Source: Octopus sinensis
Lineage: Eukaryota
DNA length: 64,000 nucleotides
Direction of reading: 5' to 3'
Assembly (NCBI RefSeq): GCF_006345805.1
Contig: NC_043002.1
Coordinates: 26,722,001-26,786,000 of the forward strand
Positions 1 through 11,180 of the stretch are shown here, piece by piece; the first letter of the stretch is position 1, and each line of letters starts with the position of its first letter. Made by a program: the position numbers and the translations under genes. The notes below the pieces were generated by a model. That model saw nothing but the letters and a program-made list of their open reading frames with translations. It ran no database searches and was not told the origin of the DNA.

Positions 1-30
1 CTTAACGTGCATGTAGTGTCATGGGCAAAG

Positions 31-230
31 CTCTGGGCACCATTGGGCTGACTGTCCACAGCTAGCAGCCCAACAGTCAGCGCTGTGGCAACTAGAGCTC
101 GGTCTGGGCACCATTGGGCTGACTGTCCACAGCTAGCAGCCCAACAGTCAGCGCTATGGCGACCGGAGCTCGCTCTGGGCACCATTGGGGTGACTGTCTA
201 CAGCTAGCAGCCCAACAGTGAGCGCGATGG
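31..230. repeat. Tandem array, ~3 copies of a 71-bp GC-rich unit
   Basis: tctgggcaccattggg(c/g)tgactgtc recurs at 32, 103 and 174 (period 71); the array may begin left of the window. Confidence 0.9.
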
Positions 231-272
231 CTTGGCTTGGCTTGGCTTAACTTAGCTTAGCTTAGCTTAGCT
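228..272. repeat. Pentanucleotide microsatellite (GCTTG)n/(GCTTA)n
   Basis: Seen directly, abutting the 71-bp array. Confidence 0.9.
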
Positions 273-1039
273 TCACACGGTATATAGGGTTCGGCAATAT
301 GCGAAGTTGACTGATAAAGAAGCAAAACTTGGGGATGAATAAGCTACCAGAACCGACCGAATAGTGCTTTTTTTAGAATGTAACCGATGAAATTGATCTG
401 TAAAATACGTAAAAATGATAAGGAGAATTTACCAAAATATCGCTCAGTTATGCTAACTGATGAAAAAATAACTCCTAATTTGAAATGTTGATACTAGTAT
501 TCCTTCTTCATGAAATGGAATTTAAAAATAAATAATAGACATGTACGTGTCAAATCAAGTGAGTCACGAAAAAGCCGAAAAATACCGCTCATTTTTGTCT
601 TATATAAAAAAGTGTTAGCTAAAGTTTAAGACATTTGTCAACCAAATTTCTACATTAAATTACCAATCAATGTGTCGTTTTATGCTGTCAATTGAATTCT
701 GCTGTAAGAAAATATTCAGAGTTGATTAATCGCCAATTAGCGCCATTTATACATTAAAGTTAATATTTTATTTCATTTTTGCTTATTTAAAATAATTGCC
801 TTTTTACTCTTTTGTGTCAGCTTATTCATTAAACACAGAATGAAATGCGTGAATGCACATGTTCGATTACACCTCATTCTAGAACGATATCGATTTTTAC
901 TACAATCACCTATGTTCTTTCAAGAAATTTAACTGGTGCACCCACTGTGATTTCTTTTACGTATGTTTAAAATATCAGCGCAATCAGTTGAACAATACGG
1001 GGATTATAATTTTTTGCAGGCAGAACGGGATTTATATAA

Positions 1040-1083
1040 TACATACACACACATATACATACACACACACACACACACACACA

Positions 1084-1110
<27 letters not shown>
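1040..1110. repeat. (CA)n microsatellite
   Basis: Seen directly. Confidence 0.95.
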
Positions 1111-1114
<4 letters not shown>

Positions 1115-1140
1115 CGGAGATACCCGACGTTGCTCGGGAT
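1111..1140 (-). mobile_element. Helitron-type 3' terminus (orphan, minus strand)
   Basis: Reverse complement reads cccga-gcaacg-tcggg hairpin + tatctccg + CTAG + T, the canonical Helitron 3' end. Confidence 0.6.
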
Positions 1141-1169
1141 TAAATTGGCATAGTTTCTTATTGTTTTAA

Positions 1170-1330
1170 ATGTTTCGGTTATGTGACTGCAGCCATGCTG
1201 GTGCATCGCCTTTGGTTTCATTCTTTGTAAGCCTAGTACTAAATCTATCGGTTTGTTTTGCAACACGGCTAAGTTACGGAGACGTAAACAAAGTAACATC
1301 GGTTGTCAAACGATGGTGGGAGTACAGAGA
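1170..1330 (-). mobile_element. 3' half of tRNA-derived SINE family A
   Basis: Similar to 2838-3005 (tgactgc.gccatgctgg...ttctttgtaagcc.agtact...catcggttgtcaaac). Confidence 0.8.
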
Positions 1331-1391
1331 TTCACACATATATTACATATATATGCACACATATATATATATATATATTATGTATATATAT

Positions 1392-1436
<45 letters not shown>

Positions 1437-1454
1437 TATATATCTACATATATA

Positions 1455-2259
1455 TCTCTATATATAAACGGCAGTTTGTCTGTCTGTGTGTCTGTGTGTC
1501 TGTCCGGTTGTACACTCACTCTGACCACGGCTTTCAACCAATTCTGATGAAACTTGACACACACGTAGCCCAATGTCATAATTCAAAACTAACGCAGCGA
1601 AAATTTTGAAAAGTTCCCCCAGTTCTGAAAAAATATCGATACATTCGACATGGGTCGAGAATCTAAGCTTTTTATATGCAACACATTTTCTACAGACTGT
1701 CTAGGGGACGCAACTCGACCTTTTTAACTCTCGGAACACGTGGGGTAAGTATCCCAAAATGTATAAAAATGTACAAAAACGGCAAAAAAGCGGGTAGCAA
1801 TGTGAGTGACAACAACGAAAAAGTCAAAAGTGACCAAACTGAACAGACGAATGGAAAAGGTTTTTTGATGCACACGACAAAAGCGGTTTATAATAAACTA
1901 AGAGTTTGCAAGTAGCGCCCGAGAACCCTTAGGGTACGTCAAAAATTTAAGGTAAAACGTTTGAGGTGGTAGTTATAAAGCAAGTGTAAACAAAAAAAGT
2001 ATTCGAATAACATGCGGCTGCAGCAGGTATTAGTAGAAGTGGCGGTGTTGGGGGTAAAGTCTCGAATGTAATTTCTTCCTGGTAGGAATTGGTTGGGTTA
2101 AATTATCGATAGCTGTTTGATAGTTATTTGGGAGTGAAGAAAAGACATTGCAACCTACACATGCGCCTTCTTTCCCTAGAGGGAAAGGACTAGATTGGGA
2201 TTAGTCGTTGCCTACTAGGGTCTCTTACATACCCGGGCAACACCGGGCTATGCTGCTAG
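1455..2259 (+). mobile_element. Non-autonomous Helitron, inserted between A and T in a (TA)n tract
   Basis: 5' A|TCTCTATATATAAA followed by a (gtct)n/(gtgt) tract; 3' cccgg-gcaaca-ccggg hairpin, 8 nt, then CTAG|T at 2256-2260. Confidence 0.75.
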
Positions 2260-2305
2260 TATAAATATATATATATATACATATATAAATATATGCTTAT
2301 ATATA

Positions 2306-2338
<33 letters not shown>

Positions 2339-2547
2339 GATATGTATAAATATATTTATACAAACACATATACATATATATATATATACATATAAATATA
2401 TATTTACATGCATATACATATGTATATATATATTTATATATATATATATATATACCTATATATATACATGTATATATATATGTATGCATATATACACACG
2501 AATATACATATATAAATGCATGCATATATATATATACACATGTATAT

Positions 2548-2679
2548 CCATTCACAAGGCTTTGGTCGATCCGAGGCTATAGTAGTTGACACCTGCCCAA
2601 GGTGCCACGTAGTGGGACTGAACCCGGTACTATGTGGTTGGTAAGCAAGCTACTTACCACACAGCCACTTCTGCGCCTA
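2548..2679 (-). mobile_element. 5' half (tRNA-like head) of SINE family A
   Basis: Near-identical to 3115-3247; ends ...cttaccacacagccacttctgcgcct. Confidence 0.85.
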
Positions 2680-2821
2680 TATACATATATGTGTGTGTCT
2701 GTGCCTGTGTGGGTGTGGGTGTGTATGTATATATATATACTTGTACATAAGTATATATATATATATGTATATATATATGTATATGTATGTATGTCTATAT
2801 ATATATATATATATATATATA

Positions 2822-3033
2822 CTCTTTTAGTCTTTTATCTGTTTCAGTCATTTGACTGCGGCCATGCTGGAGCACTGCCTTTAGTCGAGCAACTCGACCC
2901 CGGGACTTATTCTTTGTAAGCCCAGTACTTATTCTATCGGTCTCTTTTGCCGAACCGCTAAGTAACGGGACATAAACACACCAGCATCGGTTGTCAAACA
3001 ATGCTAGGAGGACAAACACAGACACACAGACAT

Positions 3034-3074
<41 letters not shown>

Positions 3075-3247
3075 CATATATAAGACGGGCTTCTTTCAGT
3101 TTCTGTCTACCAAATCCACTCACAAGGCTTTGGTCGGCCCGAGGCTATAGTAGAAGACAGTTGCTCAAGGTGCCACGCAGTGGGACTGAACCCGGAACCA
3201 TGTGGTTGGTAAGCAAGCTACTTACCACACAGCCACTCCTGCGCCTA
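2822..3247 (-). mobile_element. Full-length tRNA-derived SINE family A with internal (CA)n(TA)n tract
   Basis: Head ggcgcaggagtggctgtgtggtaagtagc...ggttccgggttcagtccc (A/B-box like), CORE-like ggcaccttgagcaa, tail ...gactgaaacagataaaagact; homologues at 29575, 33969, 46428. Confidence 0.9.
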
Positions 3248-3289
3248 TATATGTATAAGGATGAAAAGGAACACACGAGTTGATATATA

Positions 3290-3926
3290 TAAAAAAAACA
3301 AGTCAGGATAGAAAATGCTAAAATAATTTTATAAAGAACATTTCAATACCGGTTTCAGTCATTGAGACATCTTCAACTGTAACAATTAAATAACTAAATT
3401 TAGAAAAATTAAAAGAAAAGTTTTTTTAAAAGAATATTTCTATAGTGTTTAAATAGAAGTGGCATTTTCCTTGTTTCTGCCTTTCTCTGTCTCTCTTGTT
3501 TACTCTTGTGGGTCCGAGGTCGTTGTGAATTCTTGGTAGGGAAAAAGAAGAAGGAGAAGGAGGAGGAGAAGGGGAGGAAGAAGATGAAGAATTTGGGAGT
3601 GCCTTGATTGTAGTATTTTGAATGGTCAGTGGAGACTAGCAGTTGCTGTTCAATTCATGAAAATATTTCTATTGAAAGTTTTGTTTACAATATTTGCGTA
3701 GGTATTATACTAAAATGCATTAGTGATAAAGTTAGGAAGGAGAAGCCCGGAGAGGGGGCACAAGAAGAAGAAGAAGAAGAAGAAGAAAGAAGAAGAAGAA
3801 GAAGAAGAAGAAGAAGAATAATTAGTGAAAGTAGTGAGGTGTTGGATGACTTGAAGTTGGCACGTTATGGATTATAGCAGTGATTGGGGCTGATTTTTAA
3901 TGGATTCTTAGGAATGTAATATTTGC

Positions 3927-3950
<24 letters not shown>
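3290..3950 (-). mobile_element. Degenerate Penelope-like 3' fragment with pLTR-like segment
   Basis: Minus translation near 3640-3720 gives ...NKTFNRNIF, resembling the PLE HKIFNRNT motif; hammerhead-like motif at 3344-3382. Confidence 0.4.
3762..3818. repeat. (GAA)n microsatellite
   Basis: Seen directly. Confidence 0.95.
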
Positions 3951-3969
<19 letters not shown>

Positions 3970-4193
3970 GTTTCTATTTTTCCTTTATATTAGATGAGAC
4001 TACTTTCCATAACAGACTATACGTTCCAAGAGTGTAATTAAAAACTATGTGTAATACTATTAATAATACTCTTAACAGCAACAGCAGTATTAATAATAAT
4101 GGCTTAACATTTTTTGCACAAGGTTCAGAAATTTCAGGACGAGTGAGTAAATTGATTTCATCGATTCCATTATTCCACTGTTCCATATTTTAT

Positions 4194-4317
4194 CGACTCT
4201 GAAAGGATGAATGGCAGAGTCGACCTCGGCAGAATTAGAACTTAGAACCTAAGGATGGACGAAATGCCGCTCTGTATTTTCCCTGGCGTGCCAACGATTC
4301 AGCTAGTCCGTAGCCCT
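4194..4317 (-). mobile_element. tRNA-derived SINE family B fragment
   Basis: atcgactctgaaaggatgaatggcagagtcgacctcggcagaatt matches the family B core at 45100-45145. Confidence 0.75.
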
Positions 4318-4325
4318 GACAAAAA

Positions 4326-4331
4326 ATAATG

Positions 4332-4396
<65 letters not shown>

Positions 4397-4406
4397 TAAT
4401 AATAAT
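4326..4406. repeat. (TAA)n microsatellite
   Basis: Seen directly, between two family B SINEs. Confidence 0.95.
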
Positions 4407-4407
4407 C

Positions 4408-4595
4408 TTCCTTCTATAGGCACAAGACCCGAAATATTGGGGAGAAGATATGTCGATCATATCGACCTCAATACGTATTAACACTTATTTCATGACCCCA
4501 AAAAGATCAAAGACAAAGTCGACTCAGAACGTAAGGACGGACGAAATACCGCTAAGCATTTAGCCCGGCGTGCTAAAGATACTGGCAGCACGCGG
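4408..4595 (-). mobile_element. SINE family B, internally deleted
   Basis: aaagtcgactcagaacgtaaggacggacgaaataccgctaagcattt.gcccggcgtgct head motif. Confidence 0.7.
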
Positions 4596-4760
4596 GCATA
4601 AGAAATAATAACGAAAGATAGTAATAATACAGAGTATCTATTAATTTATTTGTGTGATAAATTGGTCATTAAAAGCTACTGTCGTCTGCTGCTTTAAATT
4701 GTTCTACTTTTATCATAATAACTGACCACTTACTTAAAATAGCAGCACAGCTTTAACTTC

Positions 4761-4811
<51 letters not shown>

Positions 4812-4815
4812 ATAT

Positions 4816-4894
<79 letters not shown>

Positions 4895-4908
4895 TATATA
4901 CATATATA
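4761..4908. repeat. Compound (TA)n/(CA)n microsatellite
   Basis: Seen directly. Confidence 0.95.
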
Positions 4909-5214
4909 TTGTTTTGATACACTAATACACAACATAGTGAGTTGCTTCGCTATTGATTGATATTTACGACCTAAAATAACTCAAGAAAGAAATTATGACT
5001 GAATTAAATGTGATGAATTTAATGGAAACAATATCAGAAGTTATAAATATCAATTTGTGACAGAGAAGACAAAAAGTTCATTGGCTCTAGGATAGCTTAT
5101 TTTATTGTCTCTGTTGCTAGAATAGGTGTATTAAAGTATATTTCATTAGCAAGCTAATGTCTATTTGATTATAAGAGATTCTCTCCCTTTTAGTGGTAGC
5201 ACTACAAGCAAACT

Positions 5215-5427
5215 GCAAGCTGGCAGAATCGTTAGGACACCAGGCAAAATGCTTAACGGTATTGCGTACCGTCTTTATGTACTGGGTTCAAATTCCACCT
5301 AGGTCGACTTTGCCATTCATTCACTCAAGATCAATAAAATAAGTACTAGTTGAGCACTGGGCTCGTTGTAATTAACTTGCACCTCCCCTAAAATTGCTGG
5401 CCTTGTGCCAAAACTTGAAATCAATAT
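5215..5427 (+). mobile_element. SINE family B, diverged
   Basis: gctggcagaatcgttag...gggttcaaattccacctaggtcgactttgcc...aaataagtactagttgagcactggg. Confidence 0.8.
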
Positions 5428-7284
5428 ATATTTGATAAAGACCTCACCTCTCCAAACTTGAATGATTGAGCATATCAAAATCCCAAATATTTCAGCAATG
5501 ATGATGCGGTATTTACCCAAGACAAGATACATCTAAGACGATAAATAACATCCATTTTCATTTTTAATCCTTTGTCCAGTGACACGATAGGATTTTACTA
5601 CTTAATTCGTGTATTTAGAAAAAAGAGTATTTGCATTGCAAAGCTTCTTTATAAAATGCCCTCATTGGGTTTTTATGGTCATGTTTGTTCACTCGATTTT
5701 ATACATTTCAAAAATGCTATATACGTTGTTGTTGTTACTTAGTAGATTACCTGGTAGATTAAATGTATCAATGAAGAACATGTACTTTTAATTTATCAGA
5801 TTCCTGAATACCGCTTAATTAATTTCAATCACAAGACTTGGCTCGATTCAAGAAAATTGTTGAATACACTTACACATTGAGGTACGTAACATTGAACCTA
5901 AAATCTTATGATTACAAACCGTGCTTCATAACTACATGGTGATGCCGCACACTTATATTTATACATGGAAATATACAGGAGTAAACATTATTTGAATACA
6001 CTATTATTAGTTTGTATCATATCTCTGAAAATTTGACAGCTTAGCTTTATTCTGAAAGTAAAAATGTAAGTATGTTGGGGAAACGAAATGATAAATTGAA
6101 TTAAAATGGCAACCTTGATTTAAAATAAATGTAAATCTAATTTTTATTTGTCGCTATCTCACATTTTCCCAATCTTTTCCACTTTGCTTCTCTTTCAATT
6201 GCTTCTCGCTTGCTTACTCTGTATCAATTGTATTTTTTCAAGTTTTTCTCTTTCAATTTCCTGGTTCTTATCTGCATTTTTTTTTTACACTAGTCCTCCT
6301 CAATTCAACTTCTCCGTCCTCTTTTCCTATTTAAATGTATTCTTTTACAGCAATCAATATATTTTCTGGTAAATACACTGAATGATTCCATTAACACACC
6401 TTGATTAAGTACTGTGCAGGTTCTTTCGCTGATGATATGATAACAGGACCAAACCATATCCTTAGTTATCTCTAGTACTAACCAGAAGAATTAAAATAAC
6501 ACACACCACACACTTACACAGACAAAGACGCACGCACACTCATACATACAATAATCTTTTTCATAATGCCGTAATAATTTCTTGTTTATTTTTTATACTC
6601 ATTATATTAAAAATGTTTAGTGCAATTTAGCCATATATATCAGTGTTTCGATCTCTCTATCAATTTACTTAAGAAAATAAGTATTTATTTTCTTGTTGTT
6701 TTCTTAAACAATATACATGAATTTATTAGTATTTATTTTCGTGTGTATGGCTTTCTTTGCGTTATATATTCTCAGAACAATAACATTTTTTTCTAATTCC
6801 AGATATGAGCACTCCTGTATATTTATTCGATGGTTCAACCATTACTCCTTCCGAAACTTTTCAGGGTAGTGTATGTTTAATAGATAAGTTTATTATAAGA
6901 CGGAAACAATTCTGTTTGCTGTACGTACTATTAAACCATGGGCTAGTTTGTTTTCCACGTATAATTATTTCTTGTGAATTCAGTTCTCTTTTTATTAAAT
7001 ATGTTGACGACAACCTAATACTTTTTACAAAGTATGCATATATGACGAAGTATGCATTCTACAAAGAAACCAGACAGTCTGTATCATGTCCGAATAAAGG
7101 TTTCATAAAATAATATTGTCAGTAATTAGGTATGAATGTTGTAAAAGATGGCTTAATGGAATCAAATTATTATGATAAAATTCGGCTACAGAGAACAAAG
7201 TTGGATTTTACTTTAACTAAAGTCGAATTAAATGGTTTTAAGTTTTGTTTAGAAGAAAAAAAAACAGGATATGATCTTTACGGC

Positions 7285-7597
7285 TCATCGGGTATAGCAG
7301 TTAATTTCATCTAGTTTGCTCAACATCTCACTTTTATTTGAAAGGTACTGTTGCAATACGTAAGGATAAAGGTAGGAAACTTCGTCAGTTTGTTTAGTCC
7401 GATCATCTAACTCTGAGATGTCTTTAGAAGAATCCAATCCATTGCAACCCCTCAGACTATAAATATAATTTGAAGGTAACACGATATCTTGATGCACCGC
7501 GTTCTTGTGAATCAATTCATAAGCCGTAGTTTCTACGAGTATAAACCATTGTTTATGTGCATCCTGTAGACAGCTTAATATTTCAGGAAAAAGAAAT
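7285..7597 (-). CDS. FANCA: Candidate terminal coding exon of a host gene, FANCA-like (tentative)
   Basis: cag|a acceptor at 7597; ~103 open codons (R)FLFPEILSCLQDAHKQWFILVETTAYELIHKNAVHQD...NCYTR*. Ungapped resemblance to recalled human FANCA RLLPFAFYSLLSYFH and [21 protein letters not shown]. Polypyrimidine tract is weak; identity rests on memory. Confidence 0.5.
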
Positions 7598-9074
7598 CTG
7601 TCTCAAATTTATGATGTTGAAACGTTGTTTTAAAGACACCAATAAATTATTTTATGAATTGGATATCTTTCATATTGCTTGTTAAAGTAATTTCCTTAAC
7701 ATCAATGAGTGACATTTACCCTTTATTAATAAATTCATGCACACCAAGTCAATCAAGCAATAAAGTCATAAACAAAGTTGTAAACACTTAGACAAGCAAT
7801 CAATAAACTAAAACAATAAAACTGACAGTTTATAACGATCGAAATATCCGAAGAAATTTAGAAACAATGAAACGGAAATATAAACAGGATATTATAAAAA
7901 ATAACATTAAGATAAATAGAGAAGAAAAAGCTAACCATTGTCATAGAAGTCTCACACAATGAAACAATCTCATAGAAAATATTTAGGAATTAAAACACAA
8001 AATGACATTAATTAATAATGAAAGAAATCACTGATTTGTCACGTAAAAACATATCAATGAGAATCCCCAATCTCAGACAGAAGAGGAAAGTAGATCCGCT
8101 GTCTAGGTTAGAACCATGAATCTACTGTGCAGCCGATCGAACGATATGAAAGTTTAGTAGTAAAATCTGTGTTTGACTTTGCAATATTATATGTAAAATG
8201 TCACTTGCTTTTAAATTTTATTGCGTTTATATATCCACTTAATATTTAAAGCTAACGGAGCTGCATTCAGCATATGCATTTAGTAATGCAAATATGAAAT
8301 CTAGGTGAGACGTATTGCTATATTGGATAAGTATATGTTATAACATTCATGTATTAGTTTAAACCATCCGGCTATGCTAACTCACAAGACAGGTACAATT
8401 TTAAAAAAAAAGGAAAATTAAATTAAAATACCAAGAGAGAAACGGGTTTCAAATGCATAATATGAGATGTACGATTGGAAAGTTTTCTGTTATAGGTAAC
8501 ACGGGCACTTTGACAGTTACAAATACTAGATTTCCCCTCGTTGGTGCAGTATATATATAAATTTTTGTCTGTAATAAGTTCTTACAAAGTTTATATAACA
8601 TTTTATATTATAAGTATTAGTTGTTCATACGTAATTTCATTCATAAAGATCAAACCGAAGTGAAATGCATTGATGAGCTGGACATCAGTTATTTAAAAAT
8701 GCACATTAAAAAAAAACTAACGAAGGCGGGTGAGAGAAGCGTTGTAAGAATTTCAGACCTGGTGTTTTACAGTATTTGTTGCGGTTCTAGGCGTTATCAG
8801 TTCAAATCCTGTTGTGGTCAACTTGGCTGGTAGATTTACCCTGCCAATCTATTTAACACAATCACTTAGCACATTAAGTGTCTTAGCGGTTTCGCCTCTA
8901 TTGCTAGCATTCAGGCCAGGTCTTCAGTTTGTGGATACCATTTTCCCTTTACCTACAAGACTCAGTGGCCATGGTCACTGCCTACTACTATAAATATAAA
9001 AGCAAAAAATTTATTATGCCTCATAACAAAACTAACTTCATTCTTGTGCTAACCCCTACATAAAATAATTTAAC

Positions 9075-9258
9075 AATCCAACCTAACCCAACCCGACCCA
9101 ACCCAACCCAACCCAACCAAATCCTGGTCGCAATAGCGTTGCCTGTTGTGCCGTGGTGTTGGACAATCACCCCAATGGCGCCCAGGTCCAGATCCGGTCG
9201 CCATAGCGTTACCTGTTGCGCCGTGGTCGTGGACAGTCACCCCAATGCCGCCTAGATC
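9075..9258. repeat. (CCAAC)n pentamer followed by 2 copies of a ~68-bp unit; inverted homologue of 31-272
   Basis: tccggtcgccatagcg...gtggacagtca.cccaatg matches the reverse complement of the 71-bp unit. Confidence 0.8.
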
Positions 9259-9266
9259 TGCACTCC

Positions 9267-9559
9267 TACATAGTCTGCTCGGCTCCCCTACATAGTCTGC
9301 TCGCCTCCCGTACATTGCTCGGTTCCCGTGCACAGTCTGCTCGTCTCCCGTACATAGTCTGATCGGCTCTCATACATAGTCTGCTCGACTCCCTTACATA
9401 GTCTGATCGGCTCCCGTACATAATCTCTTCGGCTCCCGTACATAGTCTGCTCGGCTCCCTTACATGGTCTGCTCGGCTCCCTTACATAGTCTGCTCGGCT
9501 CCCTTACATGATCCGCTCGGCTCCCGTACGCTGTCTGCACGGCTCCCGTATATTGTCTG
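9267..9559. repeat. 22-bp minisatellite, ~13.5 copies (tacatagtctgctcggctccc[g/t])
   Basis: Counted directly; one 18-bp deleted unit; units are contiguous with no spacers. Confidence 0.95.
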
Positions 9560-10210
9560 TTGAGGGGAGGTAAAAGAGAAGGAGAGGCTGTGAATGGAGC
9601 GTGCAGTTTTTTTTAACTAAGATTTTTCTACGTTACTCAGCCAGTCAGTGGCGCTTTCACGTGATTAGTTGTAGGGAAATGCGCAGATCGAAATAAAAAG
9701 GAAGGAGAAAAAGAGGGTAAAGCGAAGAGTGAGAGAGAAAGAGGATAAGTTTGGGGTATTAACTCAATAAAATTTCGCCTAAAGTATATGAATTGTATAT
9801 ATAGTGTATTAAATAAACATCGTATTCCAATTTCCTTCACTTTTCAGTGATTAGCAGATGAGGACTGTCTCCTGACACACAGAACACAGGCTACGCTTTC
9901 AGATTTTGGATAACGTTTTCAGAAATAACCCAATAAGTTTACCATAAATTCCATGAAATATTCACGGGTCTCGCTAGTCATGTATAATCTAGCTGTTGTA
10001 GAATAATATAACGAAGTTAAGGCCAACGTCTGTGAGATGAAATCTCGGTTTGCTTACTTGCATATTTTACATAAAACTTCGTACTTTTCTTCTCGGGTTT
10101 CCCCCACGTTTTCTCATAGACCAACATCCTGGTTTTCAAACAGTTCTGTGTGCACTGAACCTGGAAGACTGCTTGGAGGAACATAGCATGTTATATCAAT
10201 CTCCCTAATT

Positions 10211-11004
10211 GCATCTTTTCCTTTTGAACGGCACGTTGTAACATAATTTCTAGGTAACTAAAAAGTTTTAAACTTCGTATATTGGTAGAATGTGTTTATA
10301 AAACATCATTTTCTCTTGGTTTTATTGAGAAAATTCTAGTTTGTAAGATATTTCGTCTGAAATTTCGAACATATCGGCAATTTTAACCAATCAATTGCCT
10401 CCATTGAGCTAAAATCATTTACTGCGTCTAAAACTGAGACAACATCCTGTCACTAACCCTCAACCTAACCCTAACCCTAATTTTTTTTTCTTAATTGTTA
10501 AATTAATTTAATTTTTACGCGAGAAAAAAAACGAAAGCAATGTAAAATAATTTAAACAATTAACAAACAAAATAATTCTATAATTTTATACACACGCTTT
10601 CCGTACGTATACGGAAAGCGTGTGTTACGGAAAGCGTGTGTATAAAATTATAGAATTATTTTGTTTGTTAATTGTTTAAATTATTTTACATTGCTTTCAG
10701 TTTTTTTACACGCGTAACAATTAAATTAATTCAACAATTAAGAAAAAAAATTAGGGTTAGGGTTAGGTTGAGGGTTAGTGATAGGATGTTGTCTCAGTTT
10801 TAGACGCAGCAAATGATTTTAGCTCAAAAGAGAGCATAGGATTGGTTAAAATTCGAAAAATTAAACTACGTTAAACAAACAAATTACAATTTTCTCAAGA
10901 AAGCCAAGAGAAAAAATATTTTATTTTGACACTTTCTACCAGTATACGAAATTTTAAAGTGTTTAGTTAACTAGAAATTGTGTGCCGTCCAAAAGGAAAA
11001 GATC
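10211..11004. mobile_element. ~800-bp foldback (palindromic) DNA element with 8-bp TSD ccctaatt
   Basis: Arms 10211-10605 and ~10626-11004 are reverse complements (inner ~200 bp near-perfect, outer parts with indels); ccctaatt at 10203-10210 and 11005-11012. Confidence 0.85.
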
Positions 11005-11112
11005 CCCCTAATTATTTTATATCCACTGCACGAAACTATTAGTTACTCTTTTTAAAATTCTCTGCATATTCATCCTTCACTGGACATATATGTATATGTA
11101 TATATATGTATG

Positions 11113-11116
<4 letters not shown>

Positions 11117-11146
<30 letters not shown>

Positions 11147-11180
11147 TGTATGTATGTATGTATGTATGTATGTATGTATG
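11117..11180. repeat. (TATG)n microsatellite
   Basis: Seen directly. Confidence 0.95.

Noticed and set aside
1540-1556. Hammerhead core ctgatga-aac
   Set aside because: No stem II or downstream GAAA arrangement; part of the Helitron internal motif
1111-2259. Single MITE with CTAG-ended TIRs
   Set aside because: Better explained as two opposed Helitron 3' termini, since a proper TC 5' end exists at 1455 and the same terminus type closes the element at 62016
963-3061. ORFs rich in YI/HT/CV repeats (also 27813-28525, 33413-34183, 58750-59077, 61097-61531, 63016-63800)
   Set aside because: Translations of (TA)n/(CA)n/(TG)n microsatellites and SINEs
9267-9559. CRISPR-like array
   Set aside because: Units are contiguous with no unique spacers, the context is eukaryotic and no cas genes are present; it is a minisatellite
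10454-10777. True telomere or chromosome-fusion scar (inverted CCCTAA/TTAGGG)
   Set aside because: Only 2-4 degenerate units, embedded symmetrically in the TIRs of a TSD-flanked element
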